Shown here: positions 41,173 through 51,230 of the stretch, piece by piece
Layout of the letters: each line of letters opens with the position of its first letter
Position numbering within the stretch: the first letter of the stretch is position 1
Assembly (NCBI GenBank): GCA_963665845.2
Contig: OY762492.1
Coordinates: 3,808,001 to 3,872,000, forward strand
Direction of reading: 5' to 3'
DNA from: Candidatus Poribacteria bacterium
GTDB taxonomy: Bacteria > Poribacteria > WGA-4E > GCA-2687025
Length of the DNA: 64,000 nucleotides
The notes under the pieces: generated by a model
Seen by the model: the letters and a program-made list of their open reading frames with translations, nothing else
Database searches by the model: none
Told to the model about the DNA's origin: nothing
Program-made: the position numbers and the translations under genes

Positions 41173-41424
41173 GTGTTGGTGAACATTCTTTACTGCACTG
41201 CTTGAGGGTATGAGGACACAGCCGCCCGTGTGGCGGAGGTACTCGAAGAGCAGATCCCTGAAATTGAAAAAGTGACGCTGGAGCCTGGGAGCGGCGGCGT
41301 TTTTGAAATCTCGGTGGACGCGAAGCTGGTTTTTTCGAAGAAGAAACTGCGCCGTTTTCCTGAGGAAGATGAAGCGGTGCGCCTGGTGCGTCAACATGCC
41401 GAGGAGGCGGACGCGATCAACTAA
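41173..41424 (+). CDS. SelT/SelW/SelH (Rdx) family selenoprotein; Sec at TGA 41203-41205
   Basis: RBS AAAGGAG, VNILYCTA(TGA)GY gives CxxU in frame with GSGGVFEI.VD..LVFSK...RFP; hairpin downstream of the TGA. Confidence 0.88.
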
Positions 41425-41433
41425 AAAAGGGAG

Positions 41434-42204
41434 CTAAAAAGGCGCGGCGATGCGTCGGACGGCGCCTGTTTCTCCGCGGACGAGCAAAGCCCCCTCGTCG
41501 TCTATATCGATGGCGGCGCCATGAAAGGGGCGGCCGTTCAACTTGACGGAGACATGCTGTCCGAGCGTCGCCGAATGCCTTCGCGTTTCCGCGAGCAGCG
41601 GCTCATGTTCTCCGCGCTGTAGGTCGCTGTACGTTTCTTCAAGCCGCGCCAGGATGTCCGCAAGCAGTTTGGCGCGGTTGAATTCAAACCCCGCCGCTTC
41701 TTTGAGCGAGGCGGCGCCAGGGGGGAGGTCCGCCAGGTCGGCGTTCACATTCACTCCCGCGCCGACGACCCAGCCCCGTTTCTTCCCGCGCGCGTATGTC
41801 TCCGTTAAGACGCCGCATAATTTTCCTTCCTCCAGTATGACATCGTTCGGCCATTTTAAAAGGAGCGGAAGCGAGGCGGCATGCGACGCGGCGGATCGAA
41901 CCGCGTTCGCCATCGCCAGCGTGAAGAGAGCGGGACGCGCGACGCGCGCCCTCGGCTCCAAGATGACCGAAAAGAGCAGGTTGACGCCAGGGGGAGATTG
42001 CCAAGCATTGTTTTGCCGTCCGCGTCCGCGCGTTTGCGATTCGGCGGTGAAGAGGCAGCCGTCGGGGTTGGAACGGGCGGAACGGCCGCGGTTCAGCGCC
42101 GCGTCCTGCGTGGAGGGTATGCGCTGATAGGCGTCCGTCTGCCGGCCGAGAACGGCGGTTTTGAGATGCGGTAAAAGGGCGTCGGCGGTCAACGGTTCGT
42201 TCAA
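41434..42204 (-). CDS. birA: Biotin--[acetyl-CoA carboxylase] ligase without HTH
   Basis: STQ, QTRGRGR..NAW.SP, LKWPND, KLCGVL, GAGVNV. Confidence 0.93.
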   Translation of the reverse strand: MNEPLTADALLPHLKTAVLGRQTDAYQRIPSTQDAALNRGRSARSNPDGCLFTAESQTRGRGRQNNAWQSPPGVNLLFSVILEPRARVARPALFTLAMANAVRSAASHAASLPLLLKWPNDVILEEGKLCGVLTETYARGKKRGWVVGAGVNVNADLADLPPGAASLKEAAGFEFNRAKLLADILARLEETYSDLQRGEHEPLLAETRRHSATLGQHVSVKLNGRPFHGAAIDIDDEGALLVRGETGAVRRIAAPF

Positions 42205-43067
42205 GCGTCCCCGATTCCGATCATTTCCATTTTAAAATGGATGTCGATGGCGCCGGCGCCGGCGGTCATGCCGCTGGTGGAAACCACATCGACGCCTGTC
42301 TCGGCGATCTTGCGTATGTTGTCGAGGCGGACGCCGCCGGACGCTTCCAGCAGGGCGCGTCCGTCCGCGGTATGAACGGCGCGTTTCAGCGTCTCCGCGT
42401 CCATGTTGTCCAGCAGGACGATGTCCGCCTTCGCGTCCAGCGCCTCGCGCAGCTGCTCCAGCGTTTCCACCTCCACTTCGATGCGCGTTGTGTGCGGGGC
42501 ATGTTTTCGCGCGGCGTTGACCGCGTTGGCGACGCCGCCTGCGACCGCGATATGGTTGTCTTTGATGAGAACGCCGTCAGACAGGCTGAACCGATGGTTC
42601 TGTCCGCCGCCCATTCTGACAGCGTATTTGCTGAGGACGCGCCAGCCGGGTATCGTCTTTCTGGAGTCGGCGACGCGGGCGGCAAGCGGTTTCACGGCGT
42701 CCACATAACAGGCGGTCGCCGTCGCGATGCCGCTCATGAGTTGAACGAAGTTGAGCGCGGTACGTTCGGCGGCAAGGATCGCTCTCGCGCCGCCTTGAAC
42801 GCGGGCGATTTCATCGCCAGGGGAAAAGGTCTCGCCGTCTTGCGTTTGCGCGGAGAAGACAGCGTCGGGGTCGACCGCATGGAAAACGGCGCGCATCATG
42901 CCGACGCCGGCGAGAACGCCCGGCTCCTTCGCGCGCGCGACGCCGAGAGCCTGCGCGTCGGGCGGTATCGTCAGGTTGGAGGTGAGGTCGCCGCCGGGCG
43001 CGTCTTCCAGCAGCGCCAGCTGAATCAGCTTCTGCGCTAACGGGGTCGATTCAACGGCGAAACTCAT
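42201..43067 (-). CDS. nadC: Nicotinate-nucleotide diphosphorylase (carboxylating)
   Basis: AERTALN, DSRKTIPG, HRFSLSD.VLIKDNH, EVEVE, LLDNM, EASGG. Confidence 0.96.
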   Translation of the reverse strand: MSFAVESTPLAQKLIQLALLEDAPGGDLTSNLTIPPDAQALGVARAKEPGVLAGVGMMRAVFHAVDPDAVFSAQTQDGETFSPGDEIARVQGGARAILAAERTALNFVQLMSGIATATACYVDAVKPLAARVADSRKTIPGWRVLSKYAVRMGGGQNHRFSLSDGVLIKDNHIAVAGGVANAVNAARKHAPHTTRIEVEVETLEQLREALDAKADIVLLDNMDAETLKRAVHTADGRALLEASGGVRLDNIRKIAETGVDVVSTSGMTAGAGAIDIHFKMEMIGIGDA

Positions 43068-43627
43068 GGGGCGGCTCCTCCTTTTAACAGCTCTGTTGCC
43101 GCCTCTGTAGCGCGAAAGCGTTGAAAAACGGGGTCGGCGGCAAAGTCGGCGCGGCGCGCGCTATTTAAACGTATCGCTTCTCTCAACGCGAGGGCGGCGC
43201 CGTCCATATCTCCCGCCTGCGCCAGAACGCGCGCGAGGCTATATAAGGGCTCGTCCGTTTCATGCAGGGCGATCGATTTGGTGAGCGCGGCGGCGGCTTC
43301 ATTGTAACGGCCGAGCGCGCCGAGCGCCTCGCCGAGATGTTGAAGCGCGGCATGTCTTTCAAGATAGGTTTCATCGCCCGCGGCGCGTTTGAGAAGAGGA
43401 ATCGCTTCCGCCGCGTCCCCCTTTTCTAAATAAAGACGACCTAGCATGCTGTTGGCGGCGGAATGGTCGGGTTGATGTTTGAGAGCGTCCAGCAGGGAGT
43501 CGGCCGCCGCGGCGCGTTCTCCGTTGTCGGCGAGGCGGAGGGCGTCTTCATACCGTTCACCCGCCTTTTTTTCGGAGCCGCAGCCGAGCGCCGCCGCGGC
43601 GATGAGGATCCATAACGCGCGTTTCAT
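43064..43627 (-). CDS. TPR lipoprotein
   Basis: Lipobox ALG-C; TPR repeats. Confidence 0.8.
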   Translation of the reverse strand: MKRALWILIAAAALGCGSEKKAGERYEDALRLADNGERAAAADSLLDALKHQPDHSAANSMLGRLYLEKGDAAEAIPLLKRAAGDETYLERHAALQHLGEALGALGRYNEAAAALTKSIALHETDEPLYSLARVLAQAGDMDGAALALREAIRLNSARRADFAADPVFQRFRATEAATELLKGGAAP

Positions 43628-43734
43628 ATGAACATCTTACGCTATTTTCACCGGCGGCGTAAGGGGAGCGCGGACGGGGCGGTACGCCCATGCGACGAAC
43701 TTCATTATGACCCTAAAGCGTCCGCGCCGCTGGT

Positions 43735-43838
43735 CGTCATTCCCGCGCAAGCGGGAATCCATAGACCTGCAGACAACATACGCATTTGCCTAACCGCATC
43801 ATCCACCGCACGACGTCATTCCCGCGCAAGCGGGAATC
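43735..43838. repeat. Two REP palindromes
   Basis: CGTCATTCCCGCGCAAGCGGGAATC at about 43735 and 43814. Confidence 0.85.
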
Positions 43839-43941
43839 TTAGGCGCCGTCAGATATCGCATTCAGATTATCCCAACTCAATGGGCAAGCTCATATCTCGA
43901 ATATGAACAATCCGAGTTTTAAATCGCCTGAAACGGAGCCT

Positions 43942-45060
43942 TCATCTCGACAGCTTCTCAATCAGCTTTTGCACAGTTTCAGCGGACTGCTTAGCCATAC
44001 GCTGTATGTTGGCTATATCCGCCGACAAGCGCTGAAGCTCCTCCAATATCAGTTGGCGCTTCCTTCCAACCGCTTCAGACTCTGCCTCTTCTTCTACCGC
44101 CATCTCCTCCGCCGTCTCCTCTTCAACCCGCGCCGCAAACTCTTCACGCGCCGCCGCGATATCCTCCGGCGTCTTACCTTCTAAAGCCTCCTGAGCCTTC
44201 TCGATCCGCTCCCGCAGATTCAACTTCGTCACCCAACCCTCCATCGGGTCGATCAACTCATCCGAAATCTTGATCTGAGACAGCGCCTCGTCAGGCAGCG
44301 CATCCAGAAACTCATCCATCGCGCCGTTTTTTATCTTGGTATCGATGGCTTTTTTTAAAGCTATGCTTCGGAATTTCGTCAGAATGTCCGTCAACACCTT
44401 AAACTCGTCAGGCGTCAAGTTGTTCCGCTTTTTGTCCCGCTTTAACTTGTCAACGTCCGTCTTCGGTAGCAAGGCAACCGGCATATTATGCTCAAGCATG
44501 TAAAAGAACGCATACAGACGGTTGCCCAGCGGCGACGCCGGCGTCTTTTCCTGCCTTCCCATCGACTTCTCTTTCGGTTTTGGCTTCGGCGGCGCGTCCA
44601 TCAGCGTTGGCTCAATGCCCCGATCCTTCTTAATCTTCTCCACAACCGCCAGTACACGATTGACCAACGTATTCGGCGATGTCGACTTCGGCGACGCCTT
44701 CGCTTGCAAAGCCCGCAGCTCCTCATCCGTCAGCTGATTCAACTGACGCTCAATCGTCCCATCCTCCAGCAACGGCGTCACGCGATCCCGAAACGCTGCA
44801 AACAACTCCTTCTGCTCATCCGCAGACTTGGTCTTGTACTCAGGATCCTTCTTCGCCACCGCGTCCGTCATCGTGCCGCCCTCCGACAACACCTCCAGCG
44901 TTTCCAACAACGCCGACGCAGCATCCCCTTCCATACCTTCCGTCAACCGAGACGACGACACACCGGCAACCGTCCCATCATGCCCTGCCTCCAGCTTCTC
45001 AATGGGGCTGGCTGCTAGCGATTCAGAATGCGCGGGTTCTTTTTTCATGTTCATGTCCAT
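43942..45060 (-). CDS. Hypothetical charged helical protein
   Basis: 372-aa open frame, K/E-rich, C-terminal coiled coil; no family recognised. Confidence 0.7.
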   Translation of the reverse strand: MDMNMKKEPAHSESLAASPIEKLEAGHDGTVAGVSSSRLTEGMEGDAASALLETLEVLSEGGTMTDAVAKKDPEYKTKSADEQKELFAAFRDRVTPLLEDGTIERQLNQLTDEELRALQAKASPKSTSPNTLVNRVLAVVEKIKKDRGIEPTLMDAPPKPKPKEKSMGRQEKTPASPLGNRLYAFFYMLEHNMPVALLPKTDVDKLKRDKKRNNLTPDEFKVLTDILTKFRSIALKKAIDTKIKNGAMDEFLDALPDEALSQIKISDELIDPMEGWVTKLNLRERIEKAQEALEGKTPEDIAAAREEFAARVEEETAEEMAVEEEAESEAVGRKRQLILEELQRLSADIANIQRMAKQSAETVQKLIEKLSR

Positions 45061-45099
45061 AACATAGCGGCAATTTGTGAAAATGTAAAGGGCTGCGCT

Positions 45100-45232
45100 C
45101 TGACCTTATGAATTTAGTTGGCATGTCGGCATGCGAACGCGGACGGTTTTTCCAGGACTCTGGATTCCCGCTTGCGCGGGAATGACGATCCGGTTGGCGG
45201 CGCCTTTTTCCATGAATAAAGGCTTTGGTCGT
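45100..45232. repeat. Truncated MITE copy with REP palindrome
   Basis: CTGACCTTATGAATTTAGTTGGC...ATTCCCGCTTGCGCGGGAATGACG...CCATGAATAAAGGCTTTGGTCG aligns with 9660-9827, but one end is missing. Confidence 0.7.
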
Positions 45233-45310
45233 TGTCGGGGGAGCGCGGGCGGGCGCATTCATGTATAATGGCATATCGGCTGAAAACGGCGGCATAAGCA
45301 GGGAGCGGCG

Positions 45311-46243
45311 ATGAAACTGAACGAGCTGAAGCGGCATCTAGGCGGCGTGACGGCGATACCGATTCTGCCCTTCAACGAACGGGCGGAGGTTGACCTAGAG
45401 GGGCATGCAAAAAATGCGCGTTACCTTATGAACAACAACCGTCTCGATGGCGGACTCAAGCGGGTTGTCGCGGTCGCCGGAACGAGCCTGATTCATCACC
45501 TGGAAGAAAAAGAGCAGACGCGCGTCATGGAGGCGGCGGGTCGAGTTGTCGGAGATGAGGGCGTACTCATGTCGGGCATTGTCCCGCGCTGGGGCTACGC
45601 CGACCGCGTAACATCGGCGCAGCTGGCGCTGGAGCGTCCGCCGGATGTTTTCCTGATGATGCCGCTGGCGGGCGTCTACGATCCAGCGGGGTATGCGGAA
45701 TGGCTGCTGCGTTTTGGAGAGCGGCATGGAAAAAACAGCGGGCGTTTCCTGATCTACATGCGCAACGCGCGCGACATGGACTCGATCATTAGCCTGTTGA
45801 ATCGGTCGGAGTATTTTATCGGCGTCAAGATCGGAACGAGCATTGCGGAGGTGGAGCCGATGTCGGCGGCGCTGTCCCCAGACAAGCTGGTTATATGGGG
45901 CATCGGAGAGCGGAACTCTACAGCCGCTCGAAAGCTGGGCGCAACGGGGCATACCTCAGGAACGGCGGTCGCCGCGGCGGGGCTGGCGGACGCGCTCAAC
46001 AACGCGCAGAGAGCGGGCGAGTATGAAGAGGCGCTGCGGCTGGAGGGCGTTATCGGCGCGCTGGAGGAGATTCGTTTTCGAGACGGGCGCATGTACAATT
46101 ACTCGGCTGTGGCGGAGGCGCTGCGGTTGAGCGGGTTTGACGACGTGGAGGGCGGGGATGGACATCCGTTGAACCCGCGCGTTCCGCCCGATGTGTCGCG
46201 CGAGGTGGAGCGCGCTTTGGAACCGCTTCGGGCGTACCATTGA
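45311..46243 (+). CDS. Dihydrodipicolinate synthase-family aldolase/dehydratase
   Basis: AIPILPFN...VD, AGTS, LIY, IGVK (Schiff-base lysine). Confidence 0.8.
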   Translation: MKLNELKRHLGGVTAIPILPFNERAEVDLEGHAKNARYLMNNNRLDGGLKRVVAVAGTSLIHHLEEKEQTRVMEAAGRVVGDEGVLMSGIVPRWGYADRVTSAQLALERPPDVFLMMPLAGVYDPAGYAEWLLRFGERHGKNSGRFLIYMRNARDMDSIISLLNRSEYFIGVKIGTSIAEVEPMSAALSPDKLVIWGIGERNSTAARKLGATGHTSGTAVAAAGLADALNNAQRAGEYEEALRLEGVIGALEEIRFRDGRMYNYSAVAEALRLSGFDDVEGGDGHPLNPRVPPDVSREVERALEPLRAYH

Positions 46244-46264
46244 GCGGGCGGGCGATGCGCTTCA

Positions 46265-46447
46265 ACCCCGCGAGGACATGCATTCCCGCTCCTTTCTCCT
46301 CGTCCCCCGCTTCCCCGTTTTCACGGGGACATGCCCGCGAGCGCATGGATTCCCGCGCAAACGGGAATCCAGAGGCGCGCCCCAACGCTTCGCATTCCCC
46401 ATCTGCGCCGTTTCCCCGGATCGTCATTCCCGCGTAAGCGGGAATCC
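46265..46447. repeat. REP-like repeat cluster
   Basis: GAGGACATGCATTCCCGC variants, ATTCCCGCGCAAACGGGAAT, and CGTCATTCCCGCGTAAGCGGGAATC at 46422. Confidence 0.8.
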
Positions 46448-46550
46448 AGAGTTTTCCCAGAGAGCCTTCGCATGTGCCTCCATAGTAGAAAAGAAACGCA
46501 GGTTCGAGTATACTGAGCATCGCAGCGCAACTTTGCACTAGGAAAGACAA

Positions 46551-49500
46551 ATGAACACGGTAAACCGCTCGCTTTCGCGCATTTTTGTCGGCTTAGCGGC
46601 TCTCGCCGCGCTGACGCTCATTGCGCAAAACAGCCAGGCGCAACTGCAAAGAACGCTTGAAGGGCATACGGATAATGTCAATTCTGTGGCGTATTCACCG
46701 GATGGTCAGACGATCGCCAGCGGCAGCTCCGACAACACGATTCGAATCTGGAACGCCAGCACAGGAGAGCATATCAGAACCCTTGGAGGGCATACAGATA
46801 GGGTCAGGTCCGTGGCGTATTCACCGGATGGTCAGACGATCGCCAGCGGCAGCGCCGACAACACGATACGCATCTGGAACGCCAACACAGGAGAGCATAT
46901 CAGAACCCTTGGAGGGCATACAGATTGGGTCAGGTCCGTGGCGTATTCATCGGATGGTCAGACGATCGCCAGCGGCAGCGCCGACAACACGATACGCATC
47001 TGGAACGCCAGCACAGGAGAGCATATCAGAACCCTCCAAGGACATACGAGTAGTGTCCGTTCCGTGGCGTATTCACCGGATGGTCAGACGATCGCCAGCG
47101 GCAGCTTTGACGACACAATCTGCATCTGGAACGCGGCGACAGGCGCGCATGTCCGAACCGTCCAGGCGGGTATAGCTGTCATGTCCGTGGCGTATTCACC
47201 GGATGGTCAGACGATCGCCGGCGGACGCGCCGACAACACGATACGCATCTGGAACGCTAACACGGGGGCGCATATCAGAACGCTTGAAGGGCATACGAAT
47301 GTTGTCTTTTCTGTGGCGTATTCACCGGACGGTCAGACGATTGCCAGCGGCAGCGACGACAATACGATACGCATCTGGAACGCCAATACGGGGGCGCATA
47401 TACAAACCCTCCAGGGACATACGGATTGGGTCTATTCCGTGGCGTATTCATCGGACGGTCAGTCGCTCGCCAGCGGCAGCAGGGATAATACGGTTCGGAT
47501 CTGGGACATCAGCGACCTCTCCGGTCCTCCAGTAACCCGCCCAACTGTGACCGTCTTCGGCCCGAGCGAGACGCAGACAGGCGCGTTCGATGTGACGATC
47601 GCGTTCAGCTCCGCCGTCACAGGTTTTACATTGTCCGGCATTGTTGTGACCAACGGATCGGCGACCAATCTTGCCAGCAGCGGCAACTTCTACACTGCGA
47701 CCATTGAGCCGTCCAGCGTAGGAGCCGTTACGGTGAGCGTTCCCGCCAACGCCGTCGCCAACGCCATGGGGGGCAACGAAGCCTCTAACACATACTCTGT
47801 CAACTACCGCTCGCAACAGGTCCTGAGGGAGCATACGAATGATGTCAGTTCCGTGGCGTATTCTCCTGATGGTCAGACGATCGCCAGCGGAAGCAACGAC
47901 CGAACCGTGCGCCTATGGAACGCCAGCACAGGCGCGCACATACGAACCCTCCAAGGACATACGAGTCTTGTCTATTCCGTGGAGTATTCGCCGGACGGTC
48001 AGATGATCGCCAGCGGCAGCTACGACGACACAATCCGCATCTGGAACGCCAACACTGGAGAGCATATCAGAACCCTCCGGGGACATGCGGGGGTCTGGTC
48101 CGTGGCGTATTCGCCGGACGGTCAGACGATCGCCAGCGGCAGCTGGGACGTCAACACGATACGCATCTGGGACGCCAGCACAGGAGGGCATATCAGAACC
48201 CTCCAGGGGCATACGAATAATGTCTGGTCCGTGGCGTATTCTCATGATGGTCAGACGATCGCCAGCGGCAGCGCCGACAACACAATACGCATCTGGAACG
48301 CCAACACAGGAGAGCATATCAGAACCCTCCAGGGGCATACTTGGCCTGTCTTGTCCGTGGCGTATTCTCCGGATGGTCAGACGATCGCCAGCGGCAGCGC
48401 CGACGACACGATTCGTATTTGGAACGCCAACACGGGGGCGCATATCAGAACGCTTGAAGGGCATACGAGCGATGTCTGGTCCGTGGCGTATTCTCCTGAT
48501 GATCAGACGATCGCCAGCGGCAGCGACGACAATACGATACGCATCTGGAACGCCAACACGGGGGCGCATATACAAACCCTCCAGGGACATACGGGATTGG
48601 TCTGGTCCGTGGCGTATTCATCGGACGGTCAGTCTCTCGCCAGCGGCAGCAAGGATGATACGGTTCGGATCTGGGACATCAGCGACCTCGCCGGTCCTGT
48701 ACCCCGCCCAACTGTGACCGTCTTCGGCCCGAGCGAGACGCAGACAGACGCGTTCGATGTAAAGATCGCATTCAGCTCCGTCGTCACAGGTTTCACCTCG
48801 TCCGACATCGTTGTGACCAACGGCGCTGTGACAGAACTTGCCGGCAGCGGCAACTTCTACACTGCGACCATTGAGCCATCCAGCGCAGGGCCCGTTACGG
48901 TGAGCGTCTCCGCCAACGCCGCCGCCAACGCCTCGGGGAACAACACCGTTTCCAACACATACTCTGTCAACTACGAACCGCCTTCGTTCGCGCATACGGG
49001 CAGCATTTTGGCGGCGGCGTATTCATCCGACGGAACCCGCATCGCCACCGCCTCCGCGGACGATACGGTACTGATTTGGAATGCCAACTCGGAAACGGCG
49101 GTCCTTGAACTGACGGATCATACGGGCGATGTCCGCTCCGCCGCCTTCTCGCCAGACGGAACCATGCTCGCCGCAGGCGGCGCCGACGACATGATACGCA
49201 TCTGGAACGCCAAAACGGGCGCGCATGTCCGAACGCTGGCGGGACACACGGGCGACGTCTATGCGCTTGACTATTCGCCGGACGGATCCGCCATCGTCAG
49301 CGCAAGCGGCGACCGAACCGTGCGCCTATGGAACGCGGACACGGGAGCCTTGATAAAAACGATGACGCAGCATTCGGGTATTGTGCGCGCCGCCGCCTTC
49401 TCTCCCGACGGAACGCTCATCGCCAGCGGCGGCGCCGACCGGACCGTTCGCCTCTGGAACGCGCAAACCGGCAAGCTTCTCTCCACGCTGAAAGAGCATG

Positions 49501-50492
49501 GGCGGACGATCTACTCGGTCGCCTTTTCGCCGGATGGAACGGTTCTGGCAAGCGGCAGCGCCGATAAAACGATTCGTTTTTGGGATGTCTCATCGCAATC
49601 GCTTCTCCATACTCGTACGGTGGGCGGATCTTCGGGTCTCGTGTTTTCGGTTGCCTTCTCGACGGACGGTTCAACGCTCGCTTCAGGAAATCAGGATGGT
49701 ACCGTCCATCTATGGGCGTCCGGAAACGGCAGACATAAAGAGACGTTAGAGGGGCATACGGGTACCGTTTACGCGGTTGCCTATTCGCCCGACGGCCAAA
49801 CGCTCATCAGCGGCAGCAGGGATAAAACGCTGCGCTTCTGGGATACGCCGACAGCGGATCCGGATGTGAACGGCGACGGCGTCATCGACGGCGCGGACCT
49901 GACAGCGATCGGCAATCAGTACGGGCAAGCTGTCGCGGACGGAGCCGATCCGAAGGCGGATGTGAACGGCGACGGCGTCGTCGACATCAACGATGTTCTG
50001 CTGGTGGTGGACGCCCTGGCAGGGCAGGCCGGGGCGGTTGCCGCGGCTCCGGCGTTGGCCTCTTCGCGGGAGGCGCCGTCCGTTCCGCAGGTTTCTGCAT
50101 GGCTGAACGACGCTCAAAGGCTGATTGTCCGCAGCGACTCGGCGAAACGCGGCATCTCCGTTTTGGAGGATATGCTTCGGTTGACGCGGGAGGTCGTGTC
50201 CACCAGCGCGCTTCTGCCGAACTACCCAAACCCGTTCAACCCAGAGACCTGGATACCGTTTGAGTTGGCAGATTCAAGCCGCGTGACGATAACGATTTAC
50301 AATTCGGCGGGTCAAACGGCGCGCGTGTTGGAGCTGGGGCAGTTGCCGGCGGGAGCCTACCGCAGCCGCGCCAAAGCCGCCCATTGGGACGGGCGGAACA
50401 ATCTGGGCGAACCTGTCGCCAGCGGCATTTATTATGTCCGCATTGAGGCGGGGTCGTTCACGGCGCTGCGGCGCATGGTTGTGCTGAAGTAA
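46551..50492 (+). CDS. Secreted WD40 protein: (7xWD40 + Ig-like) x2, 7xWD40, dockerin/EF-hand-like, FlgD-Ig/T9SS-like C-terminal domain
   Basis: Signal peptide, GHT..V.SVAYSPDGQTIASGS.D.TIRIW repeats, two PTVTVFGPSETQT Ig domains, DVNGDGV.D x2, LLPNYPNPFNPETWIP...HWDGRN...SGIYY. Confidence 0.93.
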   Translation: MNTVNRSLSRIFVGLAALAALTLIAQNSQAQLQRTLEGHTDNVNSVAYSPDGQTIASGSSDNTIRIWNASTGEHIRTLGGHTDRVRSVAYSPDGQTIASGSADNTIRIWNANTGEHIRTLGGHTDWVRSVAYSSDGQTIASGSADNTIRIWNASTGEHIRTLQGHTSSVRSVAYSPDGQTIASGSFDDTICIWNAATGAHVRTVQAGIAVMSVAYSPDGQTIAGGRADNTIRIWNANTGAHIRTLEGHTNVVFSVAYSPDGQTIASGSDDNTIRIWNANTGAHIQTLQGHTDWVYSVAYSSDGQSLASGSRDNTVRIWDISDLSGPPVTRPTVTVFGPSETQTGAFDVTIAFSSAVTGFTLSGIVVTNGSATNLASSGNFYTATIEPSSVGAVTVSVPANAVANAMGGNEASNTYSVNYRSQQVLREHTNDVSSVAYSPDGQTIASGSNDRTVRLWNASTGAHIRTLQGHTSLVYSVEYSPDGQMIASGSYDDTIRIWNANTGEHIRTLRGHAGVWSVAYSPDGQTIASGSWDVNTIRIWDASTGGHIRTLQGHTNNVWSVAYSHDGQTIASGSADNTIRIWNANTGEHIRTLQGHTWPVLSVAYSPDGQTIASGSADDTIRIWNANTGAHIRTLEGHTSDVWSVAYSPDDQTIASGSDDNTIRIWNANTGAHIQTLQGHTGLVWSVAYSSDGQSLASGSKDDTVRIWDISDLAGPVPRPTVTVFGPSETQTDAFDVKIAFSSVVTGFTSSDIVVTNGAVTELAGSGNFYTATIEPSSAGPVTVSVSANAAANASGNNTVSNTYSVNYEPPSFAHTGSILAAAYSSDGTRIATASADDTVLIWNANSETAVLELTDHTGDVRSAAFSPDGTMLAAGGADDMIRIWNAKTGAHVRTLAGHTGDVYALDYSPDGSAIVSASGDRTVRLWNADTGALIKTMTQHSGIVRAAAFSPDGTLIASGGADRTVRLWNAQTGKLLSTLKEHGRTIYSVAFSPDGTVLASGSADKTIRFWDVSSQSLLHTRTVGGSSGLVFSVAFSTDGSTLASGNQDGTVHLWASGNGRHKETLEGHTGTVYAVAYSPDGQTLISGSRDKTLRFWDTPTADPDVNGDGVIDGADLTAIGNQYGQAVADGADPKADVNGDGVVDINDVLLVVDALAGQAGAVAAAPALASSREAPSVPQVSAWLNDAQRLIVRSDSAKRGISVLEDMLRLTREVVSTSALLPNYPNPFNPETWIPFELADSSRVTITIYNSAGQTARVLELGQLPAGAYRSRAKAAHWDGRNNLGEPVASGIYYVRIEAGSFTALRRMVVLK

Positions 50493-50706
50493 GGCATTTC
50501 TGTTTGCGCGGGAGCGCGTTGCAGTTCCCTCGCAAATTTTCCACAGTCGAATGCGGATGGCGCCTGCGGCGCTTAAGATTCCTGCTTACGCGGGAATGAC
50601 GGGAAGGGGCGCGGGATGACAACGTGTAACGCGGGGGCTTTTCCGCAGATCATCGCGGTTCTTTCGCGCTGATGTCCCAACTTCAGCGGAAGGCGAGTCG
50701 ATACGC

Positions 50707-50735
50707 TTGACTGATTGGCCGTCCTTGTCTATACT
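50707..50735 (+). promoter_or_regulatory. sigma70-type promoter of the nuo operon
   Basis: TTGACT-17 bp-TATACT, 33 bp before nuoA. Confidence 0.7.
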
Positions 50736-50768
50736 TTTATGCGTATTGCTGTTGAGAGGGATGCCGGC

Positions 50769-51209
50769 GTGAAGTTTGAATTTGCAAACGTTATCGTGTT
50801 TATGGCGGTCGGGGCGGTGTTTATTCTGGTGAACAACGTCATGTCGAAGCTGTTCCACACGAAGATTTACAGTTCCGAGAAGCAGATCCCGTATGAGTGC
50901 GGCGAAGACCCTGTCGACGACGCGCGGCTGAAGTTCAACATCCGCTTTTACACAACGGCTCTCATTTTCTTGCTGTTTGACGTCGAGATCGCGTTTCTGT
51001 TTCCGTGGGGCGTGGTGTTCAAGCAGATCGGCTTGCTGGCGTTTGTGGAGATGTTCATTTTCATATCCATCCTGCTGGTCGGCTTGGCGTATGTGTGGGT
51101 GAAGGGCGATCTGGACTGGGTGCGTTCATACCGCTCGCAAGAGTCGCCGTCGGAGGCGGAGGAGTCGGGGTCGGATCAGAAAGAGTCGTTGTTGGAAGCG
51201 GCAGACTAG
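50769..51209 (+). CDS. nuoA: NADH-quinone oxidoreductase subunit A
   Basis: PYECG, FYTTALIFLLFDVE..FLFPW, KGDLDW; GTG start inferred. Confidence 0.95.
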   Translation: MKFEFANVIVFMAVGAVFILVNNVMSKLFHTKIYSSEKQIPYECGEDPVDDARLKFNIRFYTTALIFLLFDVEIAFLFPWGVVFKQIGLLAFVEMFIFISILLVGLAYVWVKGDLDWVRSYRSQESPSEAEESGSDQKESLLEAAD

Positions 51210-51230
51210 GCGGTTTAGAAAGGAGCGTCC

